In this document: in pieces, positions 36,783-48,860 of the stretch
How the letters are laid out: every line of letters begins with the position of its first letter
Position numbering within the stretch: position 1 is the stretch's first letter
NCBI GenBank assembly: GCA_030390025.1
Contig: CM059433.1
Coordinates: 2,542,001 to 2,606,000 of the forward strand
Direction of reading: 5' to 3'
DNA: 64,000 bases
DNA from: Squalus acanthias
Lineage: Eukaryota
Translations under genes and position numbers: made by a program
Notes under the pieces: generated by a model
What the model saw: the letters and a program-made list of their open reading frames with translations, nothing else
The model's database searches: none
What the model was told of the DNA's origin: nothing

Positions 36783-37929
36783 TTACTGGAACCGCAGTCT
36801 GATGAGGCGATCATGGACCGCCCTTCCGTTGGCCGATTGAGTGGCTGCCTCCTCCCTCGCTCCTGTTCCTCCTCCTCCTCCTCCTCCTCCCCCTCCTCCT
36901 CCTCCTGAGGTGGTCCCGCAATCTTTGCTGGCAAGGGCTGGGCCCTCATGATGACCAGATTGTGGAGCATGCAGCAGATCATGACAAAATGGGACACCCA
37001 CTCCGGCGAGTACCACAGGGCTCCTCCCAAGTGGTCAATACAGCGGAACCGTTGCTTGATCACCCCGATGGTCTGCTCAATGTGGCAGCATGGCTCTCAT
37101 TATATGAGTGCTGTACAGGAGTCTTGGGGTTGCGGAGGGGAGTCATGAGCCAGGTGGAGAGCGGATACCCCTTGTCTCCGACCAGCCAGCCGCGAGCTTG
37201 ATGAGGTGGTTGGAAGAGTGCTGGAACACTGGTCTGGCACAGGATGAAGGCACCGTGGCTGCTGCCAGGATAGTGGGCATTGACATTGAGGATTTGTTGT
37301 CTTTGGTCGCACAGCAGCTGCACATTAAGTGAGTGGTAGCCTTTGCGGTTATGGAAGATCTCAGGATTGTTATGTGGTGCCCGCAAAGCCACGTGGTTGC
37401 AGTCAATGGCGCCCTGCACCATGAGGAAACCCGCTATCCTGGCAAAGCCACATGCACACTCCTCCTGCTTCTCTCTGGTGATGGGGAAGGAAATGTAGTC
37501 CTTTCTCCTGCTGTAGAGAGCCTCTGTGACCTCCCGGATACAGCGATGGATGGCGAACTGCGAGATGTTAGCAGTGTCTCCTGTTGCAGACTGGAAGGAT
37601 CCGTTGGTGAAGAAATTGAGGGCCACGGTGACTTTGACTGCCACTGAGAGCTGTGGTCGCCCTGCTCTGAGGCTGGAGGTCAGGTTGCAGGAGGTGGCAG
37701 AGTTCTGTGACCACCTCCTTGGTGAAGCGGAGCCTTCTAATACACTGCTCCTGGCTTAATTGAAGGTAGGAGAATTGCTGTCAGAAGACCCTCGGGGGGT
37801 AAGGCCTCCTGTTGAGAGCCTGATGGCCCTTCTCCTCCCTCTGGCCACATGTTCCAGTCTTTCTCGCTGCCTCCGCTCCCTCCGCTGTAGATCCTGGAGG
37901 GTGAGGCCGACTGCCAGTACAGCCTCCAT
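36783..37929 (-). pseudogene. Harbinger (HARBI1-like) DDE transposase, frameshifted
   Basis: GAIDCNHV, NRKGYHSLNVQ, YPGSSH(G for D), WLVGDKGYP, KQRFRCID, CCMLHN and an acidic tail are spread over ORFs 37756-37950, 37060-37644, 36698-37063 and 36783-37016. Confidence 0.95.
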
Positions 37930-38914
37930 TAATGTAAGGAAGTGCAGCACTTTGATATTTTGTGAGAATAAATGTAACTAACTTTTAGAAGCTGCAACAC
38001 CCCGGAGACTAAACAATCTTTAAATGACTGATTTAAACTGTTGCACAATGTCAAACTGACAAGGAAGCAGTGAAACAGCACTAGCATGACAGCTGCGACA
38101 CATTACTCATGATCCCTTTAAGTAGCGCCTCTGGAGCTGGCTTCTGACTGCTTCACGCCTCCGCTCCCTGTCGCTGTCGGGGTGAGGCGCTAAGGCAGGG
38201 GGCGATACTCAATTTGGCAGATCGGGCGCCCAGTGAATGTTGCACGCTCACTGATGTCACGATCTGCCTGGCGCTGAAGTCTCCGGCGCTAACTCGTAGC
38301 GGCGCGCTACGGGGGGGGGGGGCGAATTTGACGTGCGGCGCTGGATTCACCTCGCCTCAGCGCCACTGCCTCAGCGCCCCGTTAGCGCCCCCGCCAGGTG
38401 CTAACTGGAGGGGCTAACCAGCCGAATTTCTCCCCCTTGATCTTTAGCACTTACCTTCGGGACTCAGCAGCTTCCACCTGGGATCAGCTGCCAGGCAGCC
38501 GACAGTTCCAGCCCCCCCTCACTTCCAGTTACATTTACGTTAATGCGCTGACGATGTCAACAGGCCTTGACTTTGGAATGTTAATTAGGCCCCTGCCTGC
38601 CATTTGTGGGACCCTCGTCAAGGGCCTGATTTCTGTATGTTAAAATTAAAGGGGTGGGAATGGGGTTGGGTTGGGGTGGGGATACCGGATCCGATGTTTT
38701 AACTTCCCCATGACCCTCTCTCGCCCATCGGTTAAAATCAAGGCCCATCTCCATTACGCTAGCTCAGTGTTGCTGGAGGAGGCATCACTCTGGCATAGTT
38801 ATAATAGCTGCAGCAAGCTTGTAACAGATACAAACATGATAAACAACACCATCTTTGTGGCCATGAGAACAGTTCTCAACTTTAAGTCTGGCTTAAGACA
38901 GTTAAACTACAAGT

Positions 38915-39150
38915 AGAAAAGCAAAATACTGCGGATGCTGGAAATCTGAAATAAAAACAGAAAAGACCTTCCCTTTTGTTCTATCCTCCCCTCCCCCCTT
39001 TCCCTGCCCCTACACTTGCTTAAAATCTGTTACATCTCCAACGTTTTCCAGTTCTGACGAAGGGTCATCGACCTGAAACGTTAACTCTGTTTCTCTCTCC
39101 ACAGATGCTGCCTGACCTGCTGAGTATTTCCAGCATTTTCTGTTTTTATT
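38915..39150 (+). mobile_element. Penelope-derived pLTR with an inverted 5' piece and hammerhead core
   Basis: AAATAAAAACAGAAAA (~38949) is inverted against TTTTCTGTTTTTATTT (~39136). The hammerhead core lies at 39054-39085. Confidence 0.75.
39054..39085 (+). ncRNA. Minimal type I hammerhead ribozyme motif
   Basis: CTGACGA, stem II GGTC-ATC-GACC, GAAA, then palindromic ACGT. Confidence 0.7.
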
Positions 39151-40102
39151 TTATACAACAAGTAGTCTGGCTGATTGAGCTTTAGCTTCAGATTGAAAGA
39201 GGATCCACTGTTTCTGGCTTTTAGTGTGATGACATCCTTATATCAAAAGGGTGAGCTCCAGATCCCCTTCTGATCAAATGCACCCTTGATGGTCTTTCCT
39301 TTGATGAAAACAAATTCAGCAGCTGCCTTTTCCTAACTTAAGCGCCGGAAAGTTCTGGAATCATCCTGATTGTTCTTTGAATTCTCTTGAACGCATTCAA
39401 GACCTTTTGAAGACAGGGTACCCAAAATAACAGACAATATTCCATACGAGGCTTTACCAGTGAAACATGTAGGGTTAAAACGTCTCGATTTTATTCATAA
39501 GGGGTAATTATACAACTTTGTGCTATTGTTGGGGGGAGGGCCTTGTCTGTTGGCACCCTGTGCATGATCTCCTACCCAATTAAACTTGGTGGCTGTAAAA
39601 CTGTGCACAGGAGACACTTGAACTTCCTACATGCGCTGCTGTTAGGGAGTCAGTAGTGCAAAGTGGAAAGTTACCCCATGGGAAAATGCAAGGTGCATCT
39701 AAGCCCTGTTGATAAGAACTTCACATCGCCTAGATCAGCAAGTTGCACTCAAACCCTTTTTATTTCCTAACTCTGCAGATTAAAATCATGATTCCACCAG
39801 TCCTGAAGAGGGGCTCAATATCAGACACATCTGATATTGTGTATACTCGTTTCATGTCTTAATGTATATCATGTTAGATATCCACATTAAAATCCCCTAA
39901 CCCACCTAATTTATTGTTACCAACCCCTGTTAAGGATTATGGGGGTAATTGTGACTTTGTGGCAATGGTGTAAAATGGGTGATAGTGAATTGGAAGCTTG
40001 CTTTACATCGCTCCCAATTTTTATTGCCATTGAAGTCAAATGGAAATGAAAATCGGGAGAGATGTAAAATGGGCTGTCGATTCGCTATTACTTGTTTAAC
40101 AC

Positions 40103-40928
40103 TTTTTTTTATTCGTTCATGGGGTGTGGACGTCGCTGGCAAGGCCAGCATTTATTGCCCATCCCTAGTTGTCCTCGAGAAGGTGGTGGTGAGCCGTCGC
40201 CTTCTTGAACCGCTGCAGTCCGTGTGGTAAAGGTACTCCCACAGTGCTGTTAGGTCGGGAGTTCCAGGATTTTGACCCAGCGACGATGAAGGATTGGCGA
40301 TATACTTCTAAGTCAGGATGGTGTGTGACTTGGAGGTGGTGGTGTTCCCATGCACCTGCTGCCCTTGTCTTTCTAGGTGGAAGAGGTCGCGGGTTTGGGA
40401 GGTGCTGTCGCAGAAGCCTTGGCGAGTTGCTGCAGTGCATCTTGTAGATGGTACACACTGCAGCCACGGTACGCCGGTGGTGGAGGGAGTGAATGTTTAA
40501 GGTGGTGGATGGGGCGCCAATCAAATGGGCTGCTTTGTCTTGGATGGTGTCGAGCTTCTTGAGTGTTGTTGGAGCTGCACTCATCCAGGCAAGTGGAGAG
40601 TATTCCATCACACTCCTGACTTGTGCCTTGTAGATGGTGGAAAGGCTTTGGGGAGTCAGAAGGTGAGACACTCGCCGCAGAATACCTAGCCTCTGACCTG
40701 CTCTTGTAGCCACATTATTTATGTGGCTGGTCCAGTTAAGTTTCTGGTCAATGGTAACCTCCAGGATGTTGATGGTGGGGGATTCGGCGATGGTAATGCC
40801 GCTGAATATCAAGGGGCGGTGGTTAGACTCTCGCTTGTTGGAGATAGCCATTGCCTGATACTTGTGTGGCGCGAATGTTACCTGCCACTTATCAGCCCAA
40901 GCCTGAACGTCGTCCAGGTCGTCCAGAC
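40103..40928 (-). mobile_element. LINE family B, 5'-truncated
   Basis: ORF 40165-40959, with the reverse complement of the family B tail at 40103-40170. Confidence 0.93.
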
Positions 40929-41710
40929 TCTTGCACAATGTCAAAATTATAATGTTCACCTAGCCATATTTGTTGGTGTCATCAGTAAACTTTATACAGG
41001 AAGTATTTTCCATATCATTTATGAATAATATACATGAGAGGGAGCCCTGAACAGATGCATGCTGAACTCCATAATTACACATAAACAAAAGAATTGAATT
41101 AGAACAAATTACCTCATTTCCACGATAAAAAAGACAAAAGACCTTTTACAGCTGTCACTACCTTCAAAGTCTACAGCCCACACAAAAATAAGTCATGTGT
41201 AGGATCAAGTCTTCATTATTATTTGAAAGGATGCACCTCATAGCTGCAGGCCCATTGGAAATTGACACTCCGCTAACATATGCACAAAACGCAATTTAGA
41301 TTCCATGCTGACATTTTTTCATGCAATAGAACTTTGAGCAAAATAATTAATTGCTGTAATTTGCCATTGTAGTAACTACTCAGCATTGATTTTTTTTTAT
41401 CAAAATGCAAGTCTCCACAGCCATCAGGGTAAATTAGAGTGTGTTTTCATCTGAGGTATTTTTACTACATTATATTTCATAAAGAATTAATCATTGAGAC
41501 CCTCGCTGGCATGTTGTTGCAATTTTCATTTGGTATAAGTTTATCACAGGATTAGTTAAGTTTGAATTTAATTTGAATATAACGAGCATTTTTTTCCAAA
41601 TACTTAGATAATAAGAATTTGTTTAGTAATTGTGACTGCTTAATGCTGGACAGAGCAATCAGTGACTAACATGGATTAGGTGAAATTTTCTGATACCCAG
41701 AAGAAGCCTT

Positions 41711-44663
41711 GGCCAGAATTTTCTGGGGTGGTAGCGGGCGCGACCGGAGGCGGATTGGGTGGAAAGTTGTTATTTTTGGGAGCGGGTTGGGAACCCGCTG
41801 TCATCCCGCTCCCACGCACCTTTCCCCCAGGTGTGCCTGTCAGCGCGGACCCAACCCACCTGGCAGAGGCAGGCGACCCAATTTAAATTATTAGTATCTA
41901 TTTGTCAGACCCTTAAGAGTGGTTCTAACCTTACCTTTTAAATTTATCTGGATGGCCACGGGAAACTCGCTGCTCAGGAACCATATCTGTCAACCTGAGG
42001 TGGGAGTTCAGTGGCCATTGCTCCAGCTGATTAATTGACAGCATCAAATGTACAGTAAAAGCTCCCACCTGACAGATGGTCACTTTCCTCAGGCAGAAGC
42101 TGTTGCTCAGTCCATTCCCAGCACAGATTCTGCAGGCTGCAAGTGTTTCCAGCAAAGTCTCCATCCAGTGTCACCTCATTGGAAGAACTCTTTCACCATT
42201 GACAGAATGCTTCTGTCATCTGTACTTCACCTGCCATCTATTCCATCAACATGGGTGCCCTTTATACTGTCTCACCTTGGTCCTCAGAATCGGACCACGA
42301 TGAGCCCCAACACCAGCAGCACCACCAACAACACCACCAACCTTCTCCGCAATCACCTGATGCTGCACAGGACACAGGGCATCAGCACCCGAGCACATTG
42401 CTGCCCGGGAGGCCAGGGATGGCCTCATCATGGAGAGATTTACTTCACTTGATGCTGTACACCCATGTGGCTGCCACATGATGCACCAGGTTGGCACCAC
42501 CCTACACCAACACCATAAAGCATCCCTGCAATGAACAAGCCATTCCTTTCACACTCACTGCCATTGCTGGGGGTACCGTTATGTCTCACCATTCAATGCA
42601 ACTCACTAAGCCACTTCCAAAGGTGCACACAAATCTGTCCAAGACCAGAGAGTGGTGAAAATAAAGATTTTTGTGTTTGACAGCACATTAATGGAAACTT
42701 TACATAAACATTGGATAAAACACCCAAGTGGCTACCCTTGTGAATCTACTTGTGTGTCATCTTTTTCTTCCTCGTGCTTCTACCAGATACTAGCCCTGTG
42801 ACTTCAGCAGAAGTAGAGGCAGCCTGCTCACTTCCCTGCTGCCAAGGAGCTGGAGAGCACCTTGCTGCACATCAGTGGGGCCATGAGGACCCATGTCTAC
42901 GCTGACATCCCTCCTAGACAGGAGGTCTATGAGCCTCTGTCATCTATTCTCCATAGAGACCATGTGCTCCTGTGAGTGGTGCATTAGCTGCTCCATGTAG
43001 GTGGCCATCCTATCCATGGAGGAGCCGACAGTCACCATCGCCTGCGACACGGTGCTGCTCATGTTGGAGATGGACTCCTCCATCTCTGAACATTTGCAGA
43101 CATCGCGCTCGCAAAACCTGTCAGAGGCCCCTGCACTTCTTCCTGCACCTCCAGGATCGCCCTCTTTCTGGATGGCTACCCGAGGCTCAGCGTCTGCATG
43201 CAGCTGAGCAGAGCTGGGAGCGTCCTGCACCCTCCAGCGAGGAGTCTCCACTGCTGTCCCTGTCTCCACCATCTGCTCTTGCTCACTTGTGAGTTGTGAG
43301 ACACCAGGTGACAACACTACTCTATCTCGTGTGGGCACCCACCAAGGTGTGCATATCTGCGCTGGTGCTGGGTGCGCTTATGCCTGGTGACGGTGCACCC
43401 TCAGAGGCTGGAGGCTCCTCTGAGGAGTCGTCTTCCTCTCCCTCCTGGACAGTCGGGGGTGGGGGGGGGGGGGCGGGGGGGCTCTTGATGGACCTGTGGG
43501 AGAGTAAAGAAATGAGTTCAATATGTCATATGAATAATGGGTACAGATACCAGTATGCATATGATGACCAGTCAATGGTTGCTGACATCAGTTCCCATAT
43601 GAGTGACTGATGTACGCCATGTAGCTGTATGATATGTAATTCTGTCACCAGGTTGCTGCGATGTTCCCCCCTCTCTCTCTCCCAGCTCCAGCTGCTCGGC
43701 GACTCCAGATATTTCTAAAGCAGCCTCCTCTGCTGTTGTAAGGTTTGCAAATGATGGAGGGCCACTGCCGGTTCAACCCCTCTCCCTCCTATTTTGGGCT
43801 CTCTTTTCCTGCAAGGAGGGAAAGAAGAGAATGTTGAGTGAGAGTGATGGAATGAGTGTAAGGAATGGATGGGTTAGATCTTTAGAGGGAGACTATGATG
43901 GAGTGGGGTGCCAAAGCCAAGTGGCCTCCTTGTGTGTTGTTAGTTGGTATGATTGCACGAGGATGAGGGTGAGTGTGAGGGGTGGCTAGTGAGATGGGGA
44001 TGTGATAATGTAGATAGTGAGAGAGGGATGGTGGAGGTGCAAGGTATGTTGGTGTGAGTAAGGATGTGCAGGGGTAGGGTAGGAAAGGCAGAGTGATGGG
44101 GATGTAATGAGAGGCACAGCAGGATGAAGGTGAGTGTGGCTTTGTACTCACATTTCCTGATCTAATGAGATAATTGAAATGTTTGCGGCACTGCACCCAG
44201 GTCCTCCTGAACACCTCCCTGCTGGTGACCTCCTCTGCATTCTCCAACCAGGCTGCTTTTGTCTCCTGGGGAGGTCTCTTCCGCCCATTGGAAGGGAAGA
44301 GAACCTTCCTGCAAGCATATGGAGGGAGTCATCAGAGAGCCTGGGTGCAGCCCTCTGCCTCTGTGCAGTCATTGTCAGTGTTTGCAGCACTCCAGTGCTG
44401 TAGTGCACTGACAGCACTGTGTTACATTGACATTCAAATCCAACGTGGCCGTGGCCCCTTTAAAGATCCTGGGTGAAAACGCATCATTGATGACGTCACC
44501 AGACCCACACCATTTAATTGGGCTGGGTAACGCGCAGGGCGGGATTAATAGGCCCTATTAAGGGAAAGTCATTTTCAGCAGCGGAATGGAGCCAGCAGCG
44601 GGGTCACGACCCGCCATGGCCACCGCCCACACGGGACTCGCCCATGTAGGCAAAATTCTGGCC
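41711..44663. mobile_element. Non-autonomous Harbinger retaining a Myb/SANT gene, transposase mostly deleted
   Basis: TIRs GGCCAGAATTTT...AAAATTCTGGCC enclose a minus-strand Myb gene. Only a transposase-like C-terminus (AAREARDGLIMERF, ~42400-42445) remains on the plus strand. Confidence 0.85.
42760..44372 (-). pseudogene. Harbinger Myb/SANT-like protein, spliced and decayed
   Basis: MTAQRQRAAPRLSDDSLHML..., then WLENAEEVTSREVFRRTWVQCRKHFNYLIRSG and a donor near 44150. Exon 2 from ~43809 reads EKRAQNRRERG*TGSGPP..LTTAEEAALEI. The architecture matches 34760-36617. The 3' limit is approximate. Confidence 0.8.
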
Positions 44664-44737
44664 TTTATTTTTTTCTCAGGTAAATTTTGCCATTCAGAAT
44701 GAGTAAATTTGGAAAGCATGTGTCTGAACAATCAACG

Positions 44738-46421
44738 TTAAATAAGATAGACCAAGGGTCTAATGAGGGTGAGGAACTTAACGTAATTAATATAAGTAGA
44801 GAAAAAGTACCAGAGAAACTAATGGGACTAAAAGCCGACAAATCCGCTGGACCTGACGGCCTACATCCTAGGGTTCTAAAAGAGGTGGCTGAAGAGATAG
44901 TGGATGCATTGGTTTTGATCTTCCAAAATTCCCTAGATTCTAGAATGGTCCCAGCGGATTGGAAGGTCGCAAATGTAACCCTGCTATTCAAGAAAGGAGG
45001 GAGAGAGAAAACCGGGAACTACAGGCCAGTTAGCCTGACATCAGTTGTCGGGAAAATGCTGGAATCCATTGTTAAGGAAGTGGTATCAGGGCACTTAGAA
45101 AATCATAACATGATTAGGCAGAATCAACATGGTTTTATGAAAGGGAAATTGTGTTTGACAAATTTATTAAAGTTTTTTGAGGATGTAACTAGCAGGGTAG
45201 ATAAAGGGGAAGTAGTGGATGTAGTATATTTAGATTTCCAAAAGGCATTCGATAAGGTGCCACATAAAAGGTTATTGCACAAGATTAGGGCTCATGGGGT
45301 TGGGGGTAATATAGTAGCATGGATAGAGGATTGGTTAATGGACAGAAAACAGAGAGTAGGGATAAATGGATCTTTTTCAGGTTGGCAGGCTGTAACTAGT
45401 GGGGTGCCGCAAGGATCAGTGTTGGGGCCTCAGTTATTTACAATCTATATTAATGACCTAGATGAAGGGGCTGAGTGTAATGTATCCAAGTTTGCTGATG
45501 ATACAAAGCTAGGTGGGACAGTAAGCTGTGAGGAGAACACAAAGAGTCTGCAAAGGAACATAGATAGACTAAGTGAGTGGGCAGTAAGGTGGCTGATGGA
45601 GTATAATGTAAGGAAATGTGAGGTTGTTCACTTTGGTAGGAAGAATAGAAAAACAGAATATTTTTTAAAAGGTGAGAAACTTTCAAACGTTGGTGTTCAG
45701 AGAGATTTGTGTGTCCTCATGCAAGAAACACAGAAAGCTAGCATGTAGGTACAGCAAGCAATAAGGAAGGCAAATGGCATGTTGGCCTTTATTGCAAGGG
45801 GGTTGGAGTACAAGAGTAAGGATGTCTTGTAACAATTGTACAGGGCCTTGGTGAGACCACACCTGGAGTACTGTGCACAGTTTTGGTCTCCTTATCTAAG
45901 GAAGGATATACTTGCCTTGGAGGCGGTGCAACAAAGGTTCACTTGATTGATTCCTGGGATGGGAGGGCTGTCCTATGATGAGAGATTGTGTAGAATGGGC
46001 CTATACTCTCTGGAGTTTAGAAGAATGAGAGGTGATCTCATTGAAACATACAAGATACTGAGGGGGATTGACAGGGTAGATGCTGAGAGGTTGTTTCCCC
46101 TGGCTGGAGAGTCTAAAACTAGGGGGCATAGTCTCAGGATAAGGGGTCGGCCATTTAAGACTGAGATGAGGTGGAATTTCTTCACTCAGAGGGTTGTGAA
46201 TCTTTGGAATTCTCTGCCCCAAATGGCTGTGGATGCTGAGTCTTTGAGTATATTCAAGGCTGAGATCGATAGATTTTTGGACTCTAGGGGAATCCAGGGA
46301 TATGGAAATTGGGTGGGAAAGTGGAGTTGAGGTCGATGATCAGCCATGATCTTATTGAATGGTGGAGCAGGCTCGAGGGGCCGTATGGCCGACTCCTGCT
46401 CCTAATTCTTATGTTCTTATG
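44738..46421 (+). mobile_element. LINE family A, long 5'-truncated copy with the full RT domain, stop-broken
   Basis: ORF 44687-45748 (GPDGLHPRVLKE, NYRPVSLTS, YLDFQKAFD, GVPQGSVLGP, KFADD) and ORF 45947-46330, followed by a TTCTTATG tail. Confidence 0.96.
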
Positions 46422-46587
46422 CAACGTGATACTGGGCACCCATATCAAGGTAGCTTTTCATTACCGTATCAATATTTCTATGGAGTGAATGACCCTATGG
46501 TAATGTAGTCACAGCACAGGGCCACTGGGACCATTGTATCTTAGGTGTGTACGTGCCTATAGTGCTGTGACCTGACCTTGTGATATC

Positions 46588-47351
46588 GGCCCGAAAATTA
46601 GACCTAATACGCGAGAGTACGCACTGTGTACTCTCGCGTATTAGGTCCCGAACTGCCGGTTTCCTGCATGCACTGCGCATGTGCGGGAAACCGGCACTTC
46701 ATGTATTGTTAAGGTGGTGGTTCCTAAGTGAACCGTGTGCGCGCTACAGGTTGTGCACACGCAGTGCACTTAGTTTTTTTTTCAGGTTTGAACACGCAGG
46801 TAAGTGGTGAAGATTTTACACATAAAGAAAGCAGGCGTAGGACCCCCTTTTAACAAGGTAAGTAGTTAATTAAGTGTTATTTTAAATTTTTTTCAACAGT
46901 TTTATCTTTTTTAGAGACTTTAAAGAAAGGTAAGTTTATTTTTATAACTTTTAAAAAGATTTTAAATTTTTTCAAAAATTTAATTTTTTGTTTAAAGTGG
47001 TTAATTTATTTAACTATAGTTATTTTATTAATGTGATGGCTTTTTTTTAAATTTAATTGAGGTTTAGCTGTTCTTTTGGGGGCTTGTAGTATTCATAGCT
47101 TTGACAGCCCTTGCTGTCAAAACTATGAATGAAAGATGGTGTGCTGCCATTGGCTCTAACTGAATCACGTGATCCCAGAGCTCGCACAAACTAATTGCGC
47201 CTCTGGGACACGCACACACTGCACGCTGGCAACAGGGAGAGGCCCTGAAACTGAAGTTTGTGTGGGCCTGAAACAAAAAGGTAGGCGCGGAGTGCGATAT
47301 CGCGGGGAATCCTTACCCCCGCGGCAATCATCGATGTTTAATTTCTGGGCC
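46588..47351. mobile_element. Hairpin-chain MITE family, copy 4 (inverted, closest to 24074)
   Basis: Ends GGCCCGAAAATT...AATTTCTGGGCC, a 20-bp perfect subterminal stem, and three GGTAAGT motifs on the plus strand. Confidence 0.9.
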
Positions 47352-47660
47352 AATATCTCTTTTAAGCACATTTTTGTCGCTCTTGGTGCAAAACACATGA
47401 TGACCAGAGAGCATGCAGGGGCTGAGGAGCTTCATACCCATCACTAGCAGCTAATGGGGAACATTCTCCCAATTTGTAACATGGCAGAAGCAAGGCAGGG
47501 CAGCTCCATTCAATAACATTTCTTTGGAGATGCTTCTGTTGGTGATGCTGCAGGGAAGTGGGTAGCACCTCCTACAGAAGCACCTCCACACACCATGCAC
47601 TTTCACTAAGAGGAACCACCAGGGCAAATCACACTCAACACATCTACACCATACATAGTA

Positions 47661-48233
47661 TGAACATAAGAACATAAGAATTAGGAGCAGGAGTCGGCCA
47701 TACGGCCCCTCGAGCCTGCTCCACCATACGGCCCCTCGAGCCTGCTCCGCCACACGGCCCCTCGAGCCTGCTCCGCCACACGGCCCCTCGAGCCTGCTCC
47801 GCCACACGGCCCCTCGAGCCTGCTCCGCCACACGGCCCCTCGAGCCTGCTCCACCCCACGGCCCCTCGAGCCTGCTCCACCCCACGGCCCCTCGAGCCTG
47901 CTCCGCCATTCAATAAGATCATGGCTGATCTTTGACCTCAACTCTACTTTCCCGCCCGATCTCCATATCCCTTGATTCCCCTAGAGTCCAAAAATCTACA
48001 TATCTCCGCCTTGAATATACTCAAAGACTGAGCATCCACAGCCCTCTGGGTCAGAGAATTCCAAAGATTCACAACCCTCTGAGTGAAGAAATTCCTCCTC
48101 ATCTCGGTCTTAAATGGCCGACCCCTTATCCTGAGACTCTGCCCCCTGGTTCTAGACACTCCAGCCAGGGGAAACAACCTCTCAGCATCTACCCTGTCAA
48201 TCCCCCTCAGAATCTTGTATGTTTCAATGAGAT
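47661..48233 (-). mobile_element. LINE family A 3' fragment containing a tandem array
   Basis: ORF 47944-48270 and a GAACATAA tail. Confidence 0.92.
47703..47910. repeat. 8 x 26-bp tandem repeat of part of the LINE A 3' stem-loop
   Basis: CGGCCCCTCGAGCCTGCTCC(G/A)CCACA starts at 47703, 47729, 47755, 47781, 47807, 47833, 47859 and 47885. Confidence 0.97.
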
Positions 48234-48729
48234 TGTTGAATAAAATTTGCGTTTGAGAGGTACCCTCCAATCATCATGTGAGATGGCTCATGTATGGTAT
48301 CATCCATTGCTTTCATTCTTTATCTCCTCATTAATTCACTCATTCACTTTCTCATACAAAGGCATACAGTGCAACATAACACATCACAATGCCTTGGCAG
48401 GCAAAACCTCAACTAAGCAACTCATATTACTCTGTATCAACCACTCCTATAGTAGCATGCACCCACGTGATAATCCATTCCATTTGGGGAGCAGTTACTG
48501 AGTTGCAGAGGGAGCACAGAGCATGAGTGAGAAGGAACAGCTGCAGGTGAAAATTGGAGGGGCAGCTGGAAGTTCGCTTCAGCTTCTGATCCCAGGGATT
48601 CGGAAGTCACATAGCCTGCTGACAAATGCAAGTTGGTATTAGCATCAGCAGTTCATGCAGTCACGTGAGAGTTGCCTTGCCAGCCACACCCACATCCCCA
48701 GAATGAATAATAAAAAAAATGTAAGGATG

Positions 48730-48860
48730 CTTAAGGGATATGGAGATCGGGCGGGAAAGTGGAGTTGAGGTTGATGATCAGCCATGATCTTATTAAATGG
48801 CGGAGCAGGCTCGAGGGGGCGTATAGCCGACTCCTGCTCTTATTTCTTATGTTCTTATGC
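48730..48860 (+). mobile_element. LINE family A extreme 3' end, preceded by a LINE B tail at ~48672-48720
   Basis: GATCAGCCATGATC...CCGACTCCTGCTC TTATTTCTTATGTTCTTATG. Confidence 0.85.

Larger units (their letters stand above)
34404..38436. mobile_element. Near-full-length PIF/Harbinger DNA transposon, decayed
   Basis: 13-bp TIRs GGGGGAGAAATTC...GAATTTCTCCCCC enclose a convergent Myb/SANT gene (+) and DDE transposase (-). Subterminal TAGCGCC/GGCGCTA repeats are present. Confidence 0.95.
33443..38746. mobile_element. Older MITE that hosts the G-rich array and the Harbinger insertion
   Basis: Ends GGCCTCGATATTAA and TTAAAATCAAGGCC. The core CTCCTG..CACA...ACTTACC is split exactly by 34404-38436. 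Confidence 0.55.

Noticed and set aside
36783..37929. Domesticated host gene HARBI1 (with NAIF1-like partner)
   Set aside because: It is flanked by TIRs, frameshifted and has a catalytic-motif substitution, so it is a transposon copy.
47703..47910. Regularly spaced repeats resembling a CRISPR array
   Set aside because: The units are head-to-tail with no unique spacers, derive from the LINE 3' UTR, and no cas genes are present.
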